A program made the translations under genes and the position numbers. Shown piece by piece: positions 1-11,139 of a DNA stretch of 64,000 nucleotides (within the stretch, counting starts at the first letter, position 1; every line of letters starts with the position of its first letter). The stretch is from positions 608,001 to 672,000 of the forward strand of contig CBDBKE010000003.1 of assembly GCA_965206645.1 (NCBI GenBank), in the 5' to 3' direction. The notes under the pieces were generated by a model. The model did no database searches, was not told the DNA's origin, and worked only from the letters and a program-made list of their open reading frames with translations. This DNA comes from Terriglobia bacterium (lineage in GTDB: Bacteria; Acidobacteriota; Terriglobia; JAJPHL01; JAPKYU01).

Positions 1-146
1 AGTACGGCCTCGGCAGGGATCGCGTACTGTCACAGCTCGACTACCAAGCAGCCAATATCAAGCAGGATCGTGCAACTCTTCTGAACGAACTGCGAAAGGC
101 AGTTCCCAGGTTTGCCGATCTTGTTGTAACGGGTAAAGTTAACTAG
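1..146 (+). CDS. 3' end of an unknown ORF entering from the window edge (possible passenger gene of an IS1-like element)
   Basis: Open frame from 3: YGLGRDRVLSQLDYQAANIKQDRATLLNELRKAVPRFADLVVTGKVN, TAG at 144-146; converges on and overlaps the stop of the 139-420 ORF. Confidence 0.4.
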   Translation, partial: YGLGRDRVLSQLDYQAANIKQDRATLLNELRKAVPRFADLVVTGKVN

Positions 147-420
147 AATTCTTGGCGTTTCCCCACCGCTTCTTGGCAGCTTTGGCAGCAATTTCTTTGC
201 GTCGTTCTGGCGTGAGGGTCACTAGCCGCCTCTTACCGCCGATCTTTCCGCCACGGCGACCCATTGCGGCCATTACTCGGGATATCTGTGACTTGCTCGG
301 CCTACTATTACGCCCTGCCTTTGTTGGATTGGATTCGGTTTCAGTAGAGAGACGGACAAGATGATGGGCGAGTTGATTCACGTCCTTGGGTCGCCAGCCT
401 GTGCTTAAACGCTTTGGCAT
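139..420 (-). CDS. Small basic protein (RPKDVNQLAH...GRRGGKIGGKRR...RRKEIAAKAAKKRW), type found as accessory gene of IS1-like elements
   Basis: Translation with KGG-like basic C-terminus; adjacent to IS1-like end at 467-485. Confidence 0.65.
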   Translation of the reverse strand: MPKRLSTGWRPKDVNQLAHHLVRLSTETESNPTKAGRNSRPSKSQISRVMAAMGRRGGKIGGKRRLVTLTPERRKEIAAKAAKKRWGNAKNSS

Positions 421-571
421 ATCCATAGTATGCCACGGATCAGCCTCCCTGTGAACCCCCGTTGGGTTCAAAGTAGCCCACTACCGAAGGTCCAATGTCC
501 TTGAGTTTCGGAAGGAAACTATAAGCGAACTCCGGTGCCGGTTCCATCATCTGGCGTGCACCCGGCGTGGT

Positions 572-1036
572 TCAGGGCTGGTGGTCCGCAGCCGAAACTT
601 GCACCTCAAGACCGTCGGGATCCGGGAAGTAGACACGATTGGACCCTGCCGGGCGCCTGGGATTCAATCCCTGGCGCTTCAGCTCTTCCACCACCGAATC
701 GGCCTGATAATTCCTGATGGCGATACAGAAATGGTCCATCCCGGCGTTTTGATTGTGAAACAGCGCCAGGAAGTTCTTGCCCATTCCAAGGAAGCAACTG
801 CTGCTGGACTGGCGGACGACCGGCAGGCCGAAGTGCTCCTGGTAGAAATCGCGGGAGCGCGTCACGCTGCTTACCCGCAGGGCGACGTGGTTAATCTCAA
901 GTCCCTGAAACGTGGACGCAGAGGCGGACCCAGCCTGGGCCGCTAGGGTTACAGCAGCTAGGCCCTGAATCAATTGTCGGCGGCTGACGGCGCCGCCTTC
1001 GTAGCTATCCAGCATGCGCGAGATGATTTGTTCCAT
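572..1036 (-). CDS. VOC/glyoxalase family protein with Tat-like signal
   Basis: SRRQLIQGLAA...AGSASA leader; INHVALRV, MDHFCI and YFPDPDGLEVQV motifs. Confidence 0.85.
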   Translation of the reverse strand: MEQIISRMLDSYEGGAVSRRQLIQGLAAVTLAAQAGSASASTFQGLEINHVALRVSSVTRSRDFYQEHFGLPVVRQSSSSCFLGMGKNFLALFHNQNAGMDHFCIAIRNYQADSVVEELKRQGLNPRRPAGSNRVYFPDPDGLEVQVSAADHQP

Positions 1037-1099
1037 GGCAGCCTCCCTTTCCGATTGCGCATTTGTGCGCTGCGACTGGGAGCAATCTTATTCCGACAC

Positions 1100-1172
1100 T
1101 GGGCAGCTTTCAATCTGGTCGGGCAACCTGGCAATCTGGCCGGGCAATCTGGTCGGGAATCTGGTGGCCTGG
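1100..1172. repeat. Degenerate short tandem repeats (GGCAATCTGGTCG-like) in a divergent intergenic region
   Basis: caatctggtcggg / caacctgg / caatctggccggg / caatctggtcggg / aatctggtgg. Confidence 0.55.
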
Positions 1173-1237
1173 GTAAAGCAGAAAGGTTCTGCGCCACGAA
1201 TTCAGAATCGTTGCTTTAATATCAATGGAGAGGGCAG

Positions 1238-2143
1238 GTGATGCCAGCTAAGGTCTTGGTGGGAACAACCGTTGGACTCCATGAGTTGGGTAAGGACCGG
1301 AGTGTTCAGCTGGCGGGGCGCGATGTCACGTGGGTGACGAACCATGCTTCGGGGCGGTGGGCCATTGTCGATGGCAGGGAGATTTGGCATGTCGCTCCCA
1401 GAGGCAACTGGAAGCTGGTCACTGCCATTGACGCCCAAGAGGCAAACTGTCTATTGCTCGTGTCGTCTGAAATTTTCCTAGGGACCTCGGAAGCCCATCT
1501 GTTTCTGCTGAGAGACGGGGAGCTCGAGCGGGTCCATTCCTTCGACCAAACTGAAGGTAGGGACACATGGTTTACACCGTGGGGCGGGCCACCGGATGTG
1601 CGGTCGATGTTTGCAGACCCGAAGGGCACGGTTTATGTCAATGTGCACGTCGGAGGAGTGCCGCGATCCGAAGACGGTGGTAAGTCCTGGCACCCCACCA
1701 TCGATGTCGAGGCCGACGTTCATCAGGTTCTCTGCGACCCTGGCTCCGGGCTGGTTTTTGCGGCTACGGGTCAGGGGCTCGCCGTCAGTGCCGATGGAGG
1801 AAAGTCCTGGGAGTTTGATGCTCAAGGGCTGCATGGAGACTACCTCCGAGCAGTCGCGGTTGCTGGTGAGACGGTCTTGGTTACGGCATCAACCGGTCCA
1901 TTCACACACCGTGCCGCGTTGTACCGAAGACCTGTTTCTGGTGGCGGGCACTTTGAGCGATGCGAGAAGGGTCTGCCCAAGTGGTTCTCCAAGAACATCG
2001 ACACGTATTGCTTAGCGGGGTGCGATGCCCAGGCGGCTTTCGGTACCTCAGAAGGGAAGGTATTTGTCTCGTTGGACCAAGGCTCGAGCTGGACAGTAGC
2101 GGCAGAGGGACTCGCGGCGGTCCGATGTCTGGCTCTCGCTTGA
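1238..2143 (+). CDS. BNR/Asp-box (WD40/YVTN/VPS10-like) beta-propeller protein
   Basis: Asp-boxes SEDGGKSW, SADGGKSW, SLDQGSSW; WFTPWGGPPDVRS motif. Confidence 0.8.
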   Translation: MMPAKVLVGTTVGLHELGKDRSVQLAGRDVTWVTNHASGRWAIVDGREIWHVAPRGNWKLVTAIDAQEANCLLLVSSEIFLGTSEAHLFLLRDGELERVHSFDQTEGRDTWFTPWGGPPDVRSMFADPKGTVYVNVHVGGVPRSEDGGKSWHPTIDVEADVHQVLCDPGSGLVFAATGQGLAVSADGGKSWEFDAQGLHGDYLRAVAVAGETVLVTASTGPFTHRAALYRRPVSGGGHFERCEKGLPKWFSKNIDTYCLAGCDAQAAFGTSEGKVFVSLDQGSSWTVAAEGLAAVRCLALA

Positions 2144-2228
2144 GCCAGCTCCGGCCGTCCGAACTCATGTGACATCACTCAGGTGACATCGGGGCTCCCT
2201 TCCGGGAGCTGTTGCCTCGGAGGAAATC

Positions 2229-2639
2229 GTGCTTCAAGCGAAAATTGCGGCTCTAAAACCTTATGTGCTTTCGTTGTTGCGGATCGTCGCCGGGTTTACC
2301 TTCTCACTCCACGGCTTCCAGAAAGTCTTCGGACTCCTGGGAGGGATGGGGGGAACCGGCGCCAAAGCCCAATTCTTTTCCCTCATCTGGTTTGCCGGCT
2401 TCCTGGAACTCGTGGGGGGCCTGCTGCTCATCTTGGGCCTCTTCACCGTGCCCACTGCTTTCCTTTTAAGTGGTCAGATGGCGGTGGCGTATTTCATGGC
2501 CCACTTTCCGAGAGGATTCTGGCCGATTCTGAATGGGGGCGAGCTGGGCGCTCTGTACAGCTTCGTGTTCTTGTACCTGTTCGCCGCCGGTCCCGGTCCC
2601 TGGAGTCTGGACCGCCTGCTGCGCAAGAAACCAACCTGA
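2229..2639 (+). CDS. DoxX family membrane protein
   Basis: LLRIVAGFTFSLHGFQKVFG...AFLLSGQMAVAYFMAH...NGGELGALYSFVFL...GPGPWSLD; AGGA RBS. Confidence 0.9.
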   Translation: MLQAKIAALKPYVLSLLRIVAGFTFSLHGFQKVFGLLGGMGGTGAKAQFFSLIWFAGFLELVGGLLLILGLFTVPTAFLLSGQMAVAYFMAHFPRGFWPILNGGELGALYSFVFLYLFAAGPGPWSLDRLLRKKPT

Positions 2640-2730
2640 GCAAGCACCGCTGCTGGCATCGGAACTGCTGGCGTCGGAACGCTTCCTTCCCCCAGGCAAG
2701 ATTCACCGGGTCCCCGCGGAAGGATCTGGG

Positions 2731-3684
2731 CTACTCGCGCTTGGTTGGAGGCGTGCGCTCGGTCGCGAGCATCTCGCGGATGCCTCCCACCGAGCCAAGA
2801 ATGCTGCTGGCCTCGAAGGGGAGGAAGATCTTGGTTGCCTGTCCCGCGGAGATCTTTTCGAGCGACTCCAGGTACTTCAGTGCGATGAGGTAGTTGGCCG
2901 GGCTGGCCTCGCCCAACGCTCCGCGCACGCGAGTGAGCGCCTCAGCTTCTGCCTGAGCGATTTTCAGCCGCGCTTCGGCCACGCCTTCCGCATCCAGGAT
3001 GGTGGCGCGCTTGTCTCCTTCGGCTTTGGCAATGGCGGCCTCCCGTTGCCCTTCGGCACTCAAGATGGCTGACCTCTTGGTGCCTTCCGCCTCGGTGACC
3101 ACGGCCCGCCGTTCGCGCTCCGCCTTCATCTGCATGGCCATGGCGTCGCGAATCTCCCGTGGCGGCTCGATGTTCTTCAATTCTACACGGTTGACCTTGA
3201 CTCCCCACTTGTCCGTGGCCTCATCGAGCACATCGCGCAGCTTGGCGTTCACCGTCTCCCGCGAGGTGAGGGTATCATCCAGCGCCAGCTCGCCCATCAC
3301 GTTGCGCAGGCTGGTCACGGTGAGCTGGTGGATGGCTGCCCCCAGGTCAACGATTTCGTAAATGGCTTTAAACGGATCGGTAATCTGGAAGTACAGTACC
3401 GTATCCACTTCCATGGTGACGTTGTCGCGGGTAATCACCGGTTGGGGCGGGAAGTCGATCACCTGTTCCCGCATGTCCACATGGGGAGACCGCCGGCCCG
3501 ACAACACAAATGGCCGGACGCTGTCCACAAACGGCCAGATGAAATTGATCCCGCTGTGGGCAATCTTGTGGAACTTGCCCAACCTCTCCACGATCTTGAC
3601 CGTGGCCTGCTGAACGATCTGGATGCCTCTTTTGGCCACCACGAAAAGCACAATCACCAGAACAAAGAAAGTAAACCCCGTCAT
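2731..3684 (-). CDS. SPFH domain protein, QmcA/paraslipin type
   Basis: IVERLGKF, QPVITRDNV, LDEATDKWGVKVNRVEL, MKAERERRA coiled coil; GGAG RBS. Confidence 0.92.
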   Translation of the reverse strand: MTGFTFFVLVIVLFVVAKRGIQIVQQATVKIVERLGKFHKIAHSGINFIWPFVDSVRPFVLSGRRSPHVDMREQVIDFPPQPVITRDNVTMEVDTVLYFQITDPFKAIYEIVDLGAAIHQLTVTSLRNVMGELALDDTLTSRETVNAKLRDVLDEATDKWGVKVNRVELKNIEPPREIRDAMAMQMKAERERRAVVTEAEGTKRSAILSAEGQREAAIAKAEGDKRATILDAEGVAEARLKIAQAEAEALTRVRGALGEASPANYLIALKYLESLEKISAGQATKIFLPFEASSILGSVGGIREMLATERTPPTKRE

Positions 3685-3693
3685 AGCTCCCTC

Positions 3694-4923
3694 CTAAATT
3701 GGTTTCACCCGAACCTTGTTCCCCACCACGTCCAGAACCTCCACTTTGGCTCCTTCAAGAATCTGGGTTTCCTCCTCACAGATAGCGGACCACACCTCTC
3801 CCCCAATCTTTACCGAGCCCGTCTTGAGAGTACCCTCGATGGCCTTCAGCACGATTGCTTGCTGGCCTTTCAGGGCTTCGACATTTGTGGCGACGCTCTG
3901 CTGGCTGCGAAACAGCGTGCTCTGGAATATGGTGCGCGAAAACACCAGCAGCAGAAACGAAATAGCCAAAAAGGCGCTCACCTGAACCGCCTGCGACATC
4001 CCCAGGAAGGCCAGTAAAGCAGCTACCAAAGCTCCCACCCCGAACCAGAGAACAAAGAATGCGGGGATCAGGATTTCTACCACAACCAGCGCCAGACCCA
4101 GGAGCAACCAAACATGCCAGGTGCGAAACTGCTCGAACCAACCGCGCGCGTCCACAGCTTCGGCTGCACGCGCGGCTTCCTTGCGGCTTTCGGCGACCAG
4201 TTCGAGCTTGTAGGTTTCGAGCAGCTGTTCCAAATCTTTGCTCTTAGCTGCCGCAAGCTTCAGGGTCAAGGCCTCCTGGGTGGTCAAGGTCAACAGCTTC
4301 CCCTTCTCCACGACTTCCGGGACCACCACATCGGCATCTACCATCGCCTCGGCCAGCGCGCCCGGATGATTTCGGCTTTCCGCGGTCGCCTTCATCTCTT
4401 TGCGGAAGTAACTGATCGCTTTTTCCCCTGCTGGCTCCGACTCCGTCCAGGTCAACCGCACAGGAGTGGCCGCCCCGATCGTGGACCCCGGCGCCATGAC
4501 GATCTCGTGGCTGGCCAGGGCAAGCAGCGCGCCGGCCGAGATGGCGCGTTTGTTCACAAAAGCGATGACGTGCAACGGCGTGTCCAAGAGAGCGTCTCGG
4601 ATTGCGACGGCCGCGTCTAACTCCCCGCCGAAAGTGTCAATTTCCAGGATTGCCGCTTGTGCTCCTGAGGCCGCTGCTTTTTGGAGTTCCTGGCGGATCC
4701 GCCTTGCCAGGCGACTGTTTACAGGCCCCTTCGCGAGAATCAGATAAGCCTCACTCGGACCGGCCGCCTCTTCAGCGCTCGCCTGCCCTTGTCCAGCCTC
4801 CTCCTGCAATGCTTTGGCTCCCGTGGCGGGTGCCGTCACAAGGGGGATTGCGAAGGCGAAGCCGACCAGTGCGGACAGGAGTGCCCGCCTAAGCCACCAC
4901 ATATCCATTCGCCTGCTCTGCAT
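3694..4923 (-). CDS. NfeD family protein: ClpP-like serine protease domain plus short membrane/OB-fold NfeD C-terminus
   Basis: IDTFGG, AISAGALLAL, TIGAATPV, EKAISY; C-terminal GSVKIGGEVWSA...VGNKVRV; upstream of SPFH gene. Confidence 0.85.
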   Translation of the reverse strand: MQSRRMDMWWLRRALLSALVGFAFAIPLVTAPATGAKALQEEAGQGQASAEEAAGPSEAYLILAKGPVNSRLARRIRQELQKAAASGAQAAILEIDTFGGELDAAVAIRDALLDTPLHVIAFVNKRAISAGALLALASHEIVMAPGSTIGAATPVRLTWTESEPAGEKAISYFRKEMKATAESRNHPGALAEAMVDADVVVPEVVEKGKLLTLTTQEALTLKLAAAKSKDLEQLLETYKLELVAESRKEAARAAEAVDARGWFEQFRTWHVWLLLGLALVVVEILIPAFFVLWFGVGALVAALLAFLGMSQAVQVSAFLAISFLLLVFSRTIFQSTLFRSQQSVATNVEALKGQQAIVLKAIEGTLKTGSVKIGGEVWSAICEEETQILEGAKVEVLDVVGNKVRVKPI

Positions 4924-5040
4924 ACTTGTCTTTGTGAACCCCTATGATCGTCAAGGCTAACGCGATGACGCTGGCCTCGTCAATTCTGATGCTGGTCTGA
5001 TGCCGGAAAAGAAAGGCCGAGGCGGATCGGGATTGCTTCG

Positions 5041-5502
5041 CTAGAGCTCTCGGGCCATCAGCCAGGCGTCCATGCGGCCAAGGTAGTAGCGTCGGACACG
5101 GGCCACGGTCTGGTAGCCAAGCTTGCGGTAAAAGGCCACTGCCTGAGTGTTCTCCACCCAAGTGAAGAGCTCTACGTGCGTGACCTTCATCTGCTTGAAT
5201 CGCCCCTGTGCCCGCTCGATCAGCTCCGTGGCGATGCCCGCCCGGCGGTATTCCGGCAGCACCTCAATCGTGATGATGTGGCCATTGGCGTCGTGTTCCC
5301 GGCGGCCGAGGACAAATCCGGTGATGCCGGTCGCCTGCTGGTCTTCCGCAACGATCGCGAAGGTGTCTCGGGACCGCAGCCAGTAGGACAACTCAGCCGG
5401 GCTATAGGCGATGCCTGCCGGGAAACACAGCCGGTCAATATCGCATAGCGCGCGGAAATCGCCCGGCTGATAGTCACGGAACCCAATGCCGGCTTTGTTC
5501 AT
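5041..5502 (-). CDS. GNAT acetyltransferase, RimI-like
   Basis: GHIITIEVLPEYRRAGIATEL, ENTQAVAFYRKLGY, RRYY; ATG at 5502 chosen over the long upstream extension. Confidence 0.85.
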   Translation of the reverse strand: MNKAGIGFRDYQPGDFRALCDIDRLCFPAGIAYSPAELSYWLRSRDTFAIVAEDQQATGITGFVLGRREHDANGHIITIEVLPEYRRAGIATELIERAQGRFKQMKVTHVELFTWVENTQAVAFYRKLGYQTVARVRRYYLGRMDAWLMAREL

Positions 5503-5680
5503 TTCCTTGGCTTGGCGCTGCCAGGTGGCAACCGGAGTGACACTCGGGACTCGTCTTTGGTCACTGCCGCTGCCTGGCATCAGTAAGCCCTGTTTCAGAG
5601 TGTGGGAAGAGCCTTGCGCTTTCTCAGTGTAGCAGGCGCCGAAACGGGTGTGGAGAGATTGCTGGCTGGAGACGCCCGCT

Positions 5681-6562
5681 CTAGCGGCGCCCGGCGTGCG
5701 ATTCGACCGGTTCGGGAGCCACCGCGCGCGGCGGCCCCAGGGCCTGTAGCCGATACAGGTGGTTGAGCAACACGGGCCAGCGTCCCATCGCGTGACCTTT
5801 TTCCATGGCCTGGGTGACGTAAGCCTTAGCCAGCACGATTGCGTCCGGCAGGGACTTGCCCAGGGCCAGGTTGGCCGCGATCGCCGAAGAGAACGTGCAG
5901 CGGGCCCCATGCATCTTCGGTGGGCGGAGCCGGCCGCCAGCCCTGTTGCCAGCAAAGACGAAATTCTCTCTGCCGTCAAACAGCACGTCCTGGGGCTTTT
6001 TAAGGTGCTCCCCGGTGATCACCACCGCTGCTCCACACATGCCGTGGAGGCTTGCGGCGACCGCTTTCATCTCCTCGACGGTACGCAGGCTCCACCCGGT
6101 CAGGTGGGAAGCCTCCTCCGTGTTGGGAGTCATGAGGGTAGCTTTGGGAAGAAGCCGGTCGTGCAGCAGCTCCACGGCCTCCGGCGCCAGCATGGAGGCG
6201 CCGCTGCCGGAGCGAAACATCGGGTCCAGAACCACAAACGGTAGAGCATAGCGGTCCAGTGCGGCGACCACCGCCTCAACGTTGGCGGCCGAACCCATCA
6301 GACCAATCTTAACTCCGGCCAGGGGGATGTCCTCCGCCAGGGGCGCGATCTGTTGGGCCAACCATGACGCTGGAACGTCCTGGCGACCGCCCACCCGTTC
6401 GGTGTGTCGCACGGTAAGTGTCGTCACCGCTGACACCCCGTAGCAATTGTGGGCTGCAAAGGTTTTCAAGTCTGCGATGATGCCGGCGCCACCGGAAGGG
6501 TCGAAGGCCGCAATGGTGAGAACCACGGGCACGTCGGTTCCGGCTTCGCCACGCGCATGCAT
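5681..6562 (-). CDS. thiD: Hydroxymethylpyrimidine/phosphomethylpyrimidine kinase
   Basis: VLTIAAFDPSGGAGIIADLKT, VKIGLM, VVLDP, TPNTEEA, HGARCTFSSAIAA. Confidence 0.85.
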   Translation of the reverse strand: MHARGEAGTDVPVVLTIAAFDPSGGAGIIADLKTFAAHNCYGVSAVTTLTVRHTERVGGRQDVPASWLAQQIAPLAEDIPLAGVKIGLMGSAANVEAVVAALDRYALPFVVLDPMFRSGSGASMLAPEAVELLHDRLLPKATLMTPNTEEASHLTGWSLRTVEEMKAVAASLHGMCGAAVVITGEHLKKPQDVLFDGRENFVFAGNRAGGRLRPPKMHGARCTFSSAIAANLALGKSLPDAIVLAKAYVTQAMEKGHAMGRWPVLLNHLYRLQALGPPRAVAPEPVESHAGRR

Positions 6563-6754
6563 AGCCAGAAAGGTAGCGCGGCCGGTCCGGGAACGCAATT
6601 ACTGTCGCGAAGGGGGAAACCAATCAGTCACCAGCAACCAGCGGGCCACAGTGCCTTCCCGCCGTAGGAGTCAGCGGCCTCGCGGCCCTACGGACTCGAT
6701 TTCCAACCGCTCTTGCTTCACCGCCTGGATTGGCCTACCATTGAGGAAGTCCAC

Positions 6755-7300
6755 ATGACCGTTGACGAAGCAATCACCCAGATCGAGGACGGCATACGCC
6801 GACTGAAGATCGAGTTTGACATCTGCTTTAACGGCGCCTCGAAGCGTCCTCCCACGGACCTCCACTGGAAGATCGAGAGCCTGATCAAGCGCTACGGCGA
6901 GGGGCAGAAGCTGACATTTGCTCAACGGTTCCGCTACAACAGCCTGGTGTCTCGCTACGCCCTCTTCAACGACAGGTGGCGGCAGAAAGTAAAAGCCCGC
7001 GAGGAAGGCCGCGAACCGCGCCGACGCGAGGAGCCGCGCGAGGAAGCCCCGGCAGCGTTCAAAACCCAATGGCAGGACCCGGACAAAGAGCACCAAAAGG
7101 TGGAACAGCTGTTCCAGGCCCTGGTGGAGGCCAAGAAACAGTGTGGGCAGGCGGGCGACGCCCTGCCGCTGGACAACTTCAAGCGCTTCGTCAAGCAGAA
7201 GACCGAGCAGTTGAAGAAAGACCAGGGGTGTCAGTCTGTTGAGTACGTCGTGGAGGTGGAAAAAGGCCAGGTCCGATTAAAAGCAAAAGGCTCATCCTGA
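6755..7300 (+). CDS. Conserved hypothetical protein, MXAN_5187 C-terminal-domain-like
   Basis: RRLKIEFDICFNG..KRPP...RFRYNSL...W and C-terminal VEYVVEVEKGQVRLKAK; GAGGA RBS. Confidence 0.65.
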   Translation: MTVDEAITQIEDGIRRLKIEFDICFNGASKRPPTDLHWKIESLIKRYGEGQKLTFAQRFRYNSLVSRYALFNDRWRQKVKAREEGREPRRREEPREEAPAAFKTQWQDPDKEHQKVEQLFQALVEAKKQCGQAGDALPLDNFKRFVKQKTEQLKKDQGCQSVEYVVEVEKGQVRLKAKGSS

Positions 7301-7350
7301 GTTTCTGACGATCCAAAGCGTCGGCATCCTCTATTTTTTCGACCCCATCT

Positions 7351-8925
<1,575 letters not shown>

Positions 8926-9060
8926 TGGAGGAAGACCGTCGACTCGAACGCGCACGAGCCAGAACGGTTCCTACTGGTGACCTTATCTGATCCGTTTTCG
9001 GGCCTCGAGGACGTGCTATACTGGGGGAAAGTGGGCTCAGATGCCTTCTGAGCAGGCGGC

Positions 9061-11139
9061 TTGATGAACAGATTCCTGTCGGTAGTCTTACTGCTGCTGC
9101 TGGGTGCCGGGGGGCTGTGCGGGCAACAATCCGAGGAGCCTGAAGCGCAGCCTGGTGCCCTCAGCAACTTGCCCACAGCGGTACCCGACCGCGGTCGGTC
9201 CTATTACCACTACACTTTGGCTCACCTCTACAAGGAAATGGCAGTAGCCCACAGCCGTCAGGATTACTTTGCCCGGGCCATCGAAGAATACAAGCAGGCC
9301 ATCCAGTACGACCCAGGTTCAGCTTTTCTTAGCGCGGAGCTGGCCGACCTGTACGCCCGCGCCGGGCGCATCCGCGAGGCGGTGCTGCAAGCCGAAGAGG
9401 TGCTCCAGCGCGATCCCAGTAGTCTGGAGGCACGGCGCCTCTTGGGCCGCATTTACCTGCGGGTGCTAGGGGAGCCCTCAGGCGGCGGGCAGCGGGGAGA
9501 CGTGCAGCGCCGGGCCATCGAGCAGTTCGAAGCGATTGCCCGGCTCCAGCCCAAGGACCTGGGTGTCCGGGTCACCCTGGGGAGGCTGTACCGGTTGAGC
9601 AGCGACTTTAGCAAGGCCGAGGAGGTGCTCAAGGAAGCGCTGGCACTGGAGCCGGAATCCGAGGCGGCGCTGACGACCCTGGCCTTCCTCTACACCGACA
9701 CCAGCCAGTTTCATGCTGCTTCGGAACTGCTGGAAAAAGCCACTGGCCGGAATCCGGACCCCAAGCTCCTAGCAGCCCTCGGGGCGGCCTACGAGCAGGG
9801 GCGCGAGCATGAGAAAGCCGTTCAAGCCTACCGCAAGGCTTTGGAGCGGGACAAGGACAACGCTCAATTCCTCAGCGCGCTGGGCCGCAACCTGATCTAC
9901 AACGAACAGTACGAGGAAGCCCTGGTTCCCTATCAGGCGGTGGCGGCCGCCCAACCCCGCAACGGGAACGCCTTCCTGCGGATGGGGCAAATCTACCGCC
10001 AGTTGAGGAAGTACGATCTGGCATTGGAAAACCTGAGGAAGGCCGGGGCACTGCTGCCGGAAAGCGTGGAGGTTCCTTACAACCTGGCATTGTTGCACGA
10101 AGCCCAGGGTCGGCCGCACGAGGCCATCCAGGCAATGCAGAAGTTGTTGGACCAGACGAACAAGGCCGGCGCCAGCCAAAACGGTCCACGCGAGAAAGCC
10201 AACCGGGCCATCTTGCTGGAGCGGCTCGGGGTTCTGTACCGCAGCACGGAAGATTACGCGGCCGCCGAAGAGGCGTTCCGGCAGATGCTGGAAAGCGACG
10301 AGGAAAACGCAGTCCGCGGGGCCACCCAGCTGGTGGAAACCCTCCGCCAGGCCAGAGAGCTACCCCGGGCGCTGGCCGAGGCTGAAGCGGCACTCCAACG
10401 TTTCCCCGAGGAACGCAGCCTGAAGCTCACTCACGTTTCGCTTCTGGGCGAGAGCGGAGAGGCGGAACGCGCCTCCCAGATTCTGCGAGCCATGCTCCAG
10501 GACAAACCGGAGGACCGCGAGGTGCTGCTCACCCTGGCTCAGGTGAACGAGCGCGCGAAGCGCTATCGGGAGGCCGAGCAGGCTATCGCCGCAGCGGAAA
10601 AGTACTCGTCGCGCCAAGAGGAAAAGGAGTTCGTTTACTTCCTCTGGGGCTCCATTCTGGAGCGGCAGAAGAAATACGACGGCGCCGAAGAGCAGTTCCA
10701 GAAAGCCCTGGCCATCAACCCCCAGAGTGCGATGACCCTCAACTACCTCGGCTACATGCTGGCCGACCGTGGCGTGCGCCTTGAGGAAGCCAAACGATAC
10801 ATTCAGGCCGCCCTGGAGCAGGACCCCAATAACGGAGCCTACCTGGACAGCCTGGGCTGGGTGTTTTACAAGCTGGACCAGTTAGACGTGGCCGAGCAGT
10901 ACCTGCTGAGGGCGGTCCAGCGGATTTCCCGCGATGCCACCATCCACGACCACCTGGGCGACGTGTACTACAGCACCGGGCGAATTCGCGAAGCGCTGAT
11001 TCATTGGCAAAAGGCGCTGGCCCACTGGTCGCGCGCCCTGGCCAGCGAAGCTGACCCGCAGGAAGTGGCGAAGATCCAGAAGAAGCTGGAAGGCGCTAAA
11101 GTGCGCCTGGCCCGGGAAACCGGCAAGAAGCGAGATTGA
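9061..11139 (+). CDS. Tetratricopeptide repeat protein (exported)
   Basis: Signal peptide; many TPRs; LNYLGYMLAD...AYLDSLGWV...DHLGDVY; upstream of ispE. Confidence 0.9.
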   Translation: MMNRFLSVVLLLLLGAGGLCGQQSEEPEAQPGALSNLPTAVPDRGRSYYHYTLAHLYKEMAVAHSRQDYFARAIEEYKQAIQYDPGSAFLSAELADLYARAGRIREAVLQAEEVLQRDPSSLEARRLLGRIYLRVLGEPSGGGQRGDVQRRAIEQFEAIARLQPKDLGVRVTLGRLYRLSSDFSKAEEVLKEALALEPESEAALTTLAFLYTDTSQFHAASELLEKATGRNPDPKLLAALGAAYEQGREHEKAVQAYRKALERDKDNAQFLSALGRNLIYNEQYEEALVPYQAVAAAQPRNGNAFLRMGQIYRQLRKYDLALENLRKAGALLPESVEVPYNLALLHEAQGRPHEAIQAMQKLLDQTNKAGASQNGPREKANRAILLERLGVLYRSTEDYAAAEEAFRQMLESDEENAVRGATQLVETLRQARELPRALAEAEAALQRFPEERSLKLTHVSLLGESGEAERASQILRAMLQDKPEDREVLLTLAQVNERAKRYREAEQAIAAAEKYSSRQEEKEFVYFLWGSILERQKKYDGAEEQFQKALAINPQSAMTLNYLGYMLADRGVRLEEAKRYIQAALEQDPNNGAYLDSLGWVFYKLDQLDVAEQYLLRAVQRISRDATIHDHLGDVYYSTGRIREALIHWQKALAHWSRALASEADPQEVAKIQKKLEGAKVRLARETGKKRD

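Larger units (their letters stand above)
1..485. mobile_element. End of a probable IS1-family element with passenger genes (transposase outside the window)
   Basis: 467-485 reads GGTAGTGGGCTACTTTGAA on the minus strand, resembling IS1-type GGT(A/G)(A/G)TG ends; lower GC to the left. Confidence 0.45.

Noticed and set aside
5503-5979. Long N-terminal extension of the GNAT ORF (likewise antiporter 16398-16904 and Fe-S protein 46757-47005)
   Set aside because: Overlaps neighbouring real genes; recognisable protein starts at downstream ATGs.
6563-6754. TPP riboswitch before thiD
   Set aside because: No CUGAGA/ACCUG core seen.
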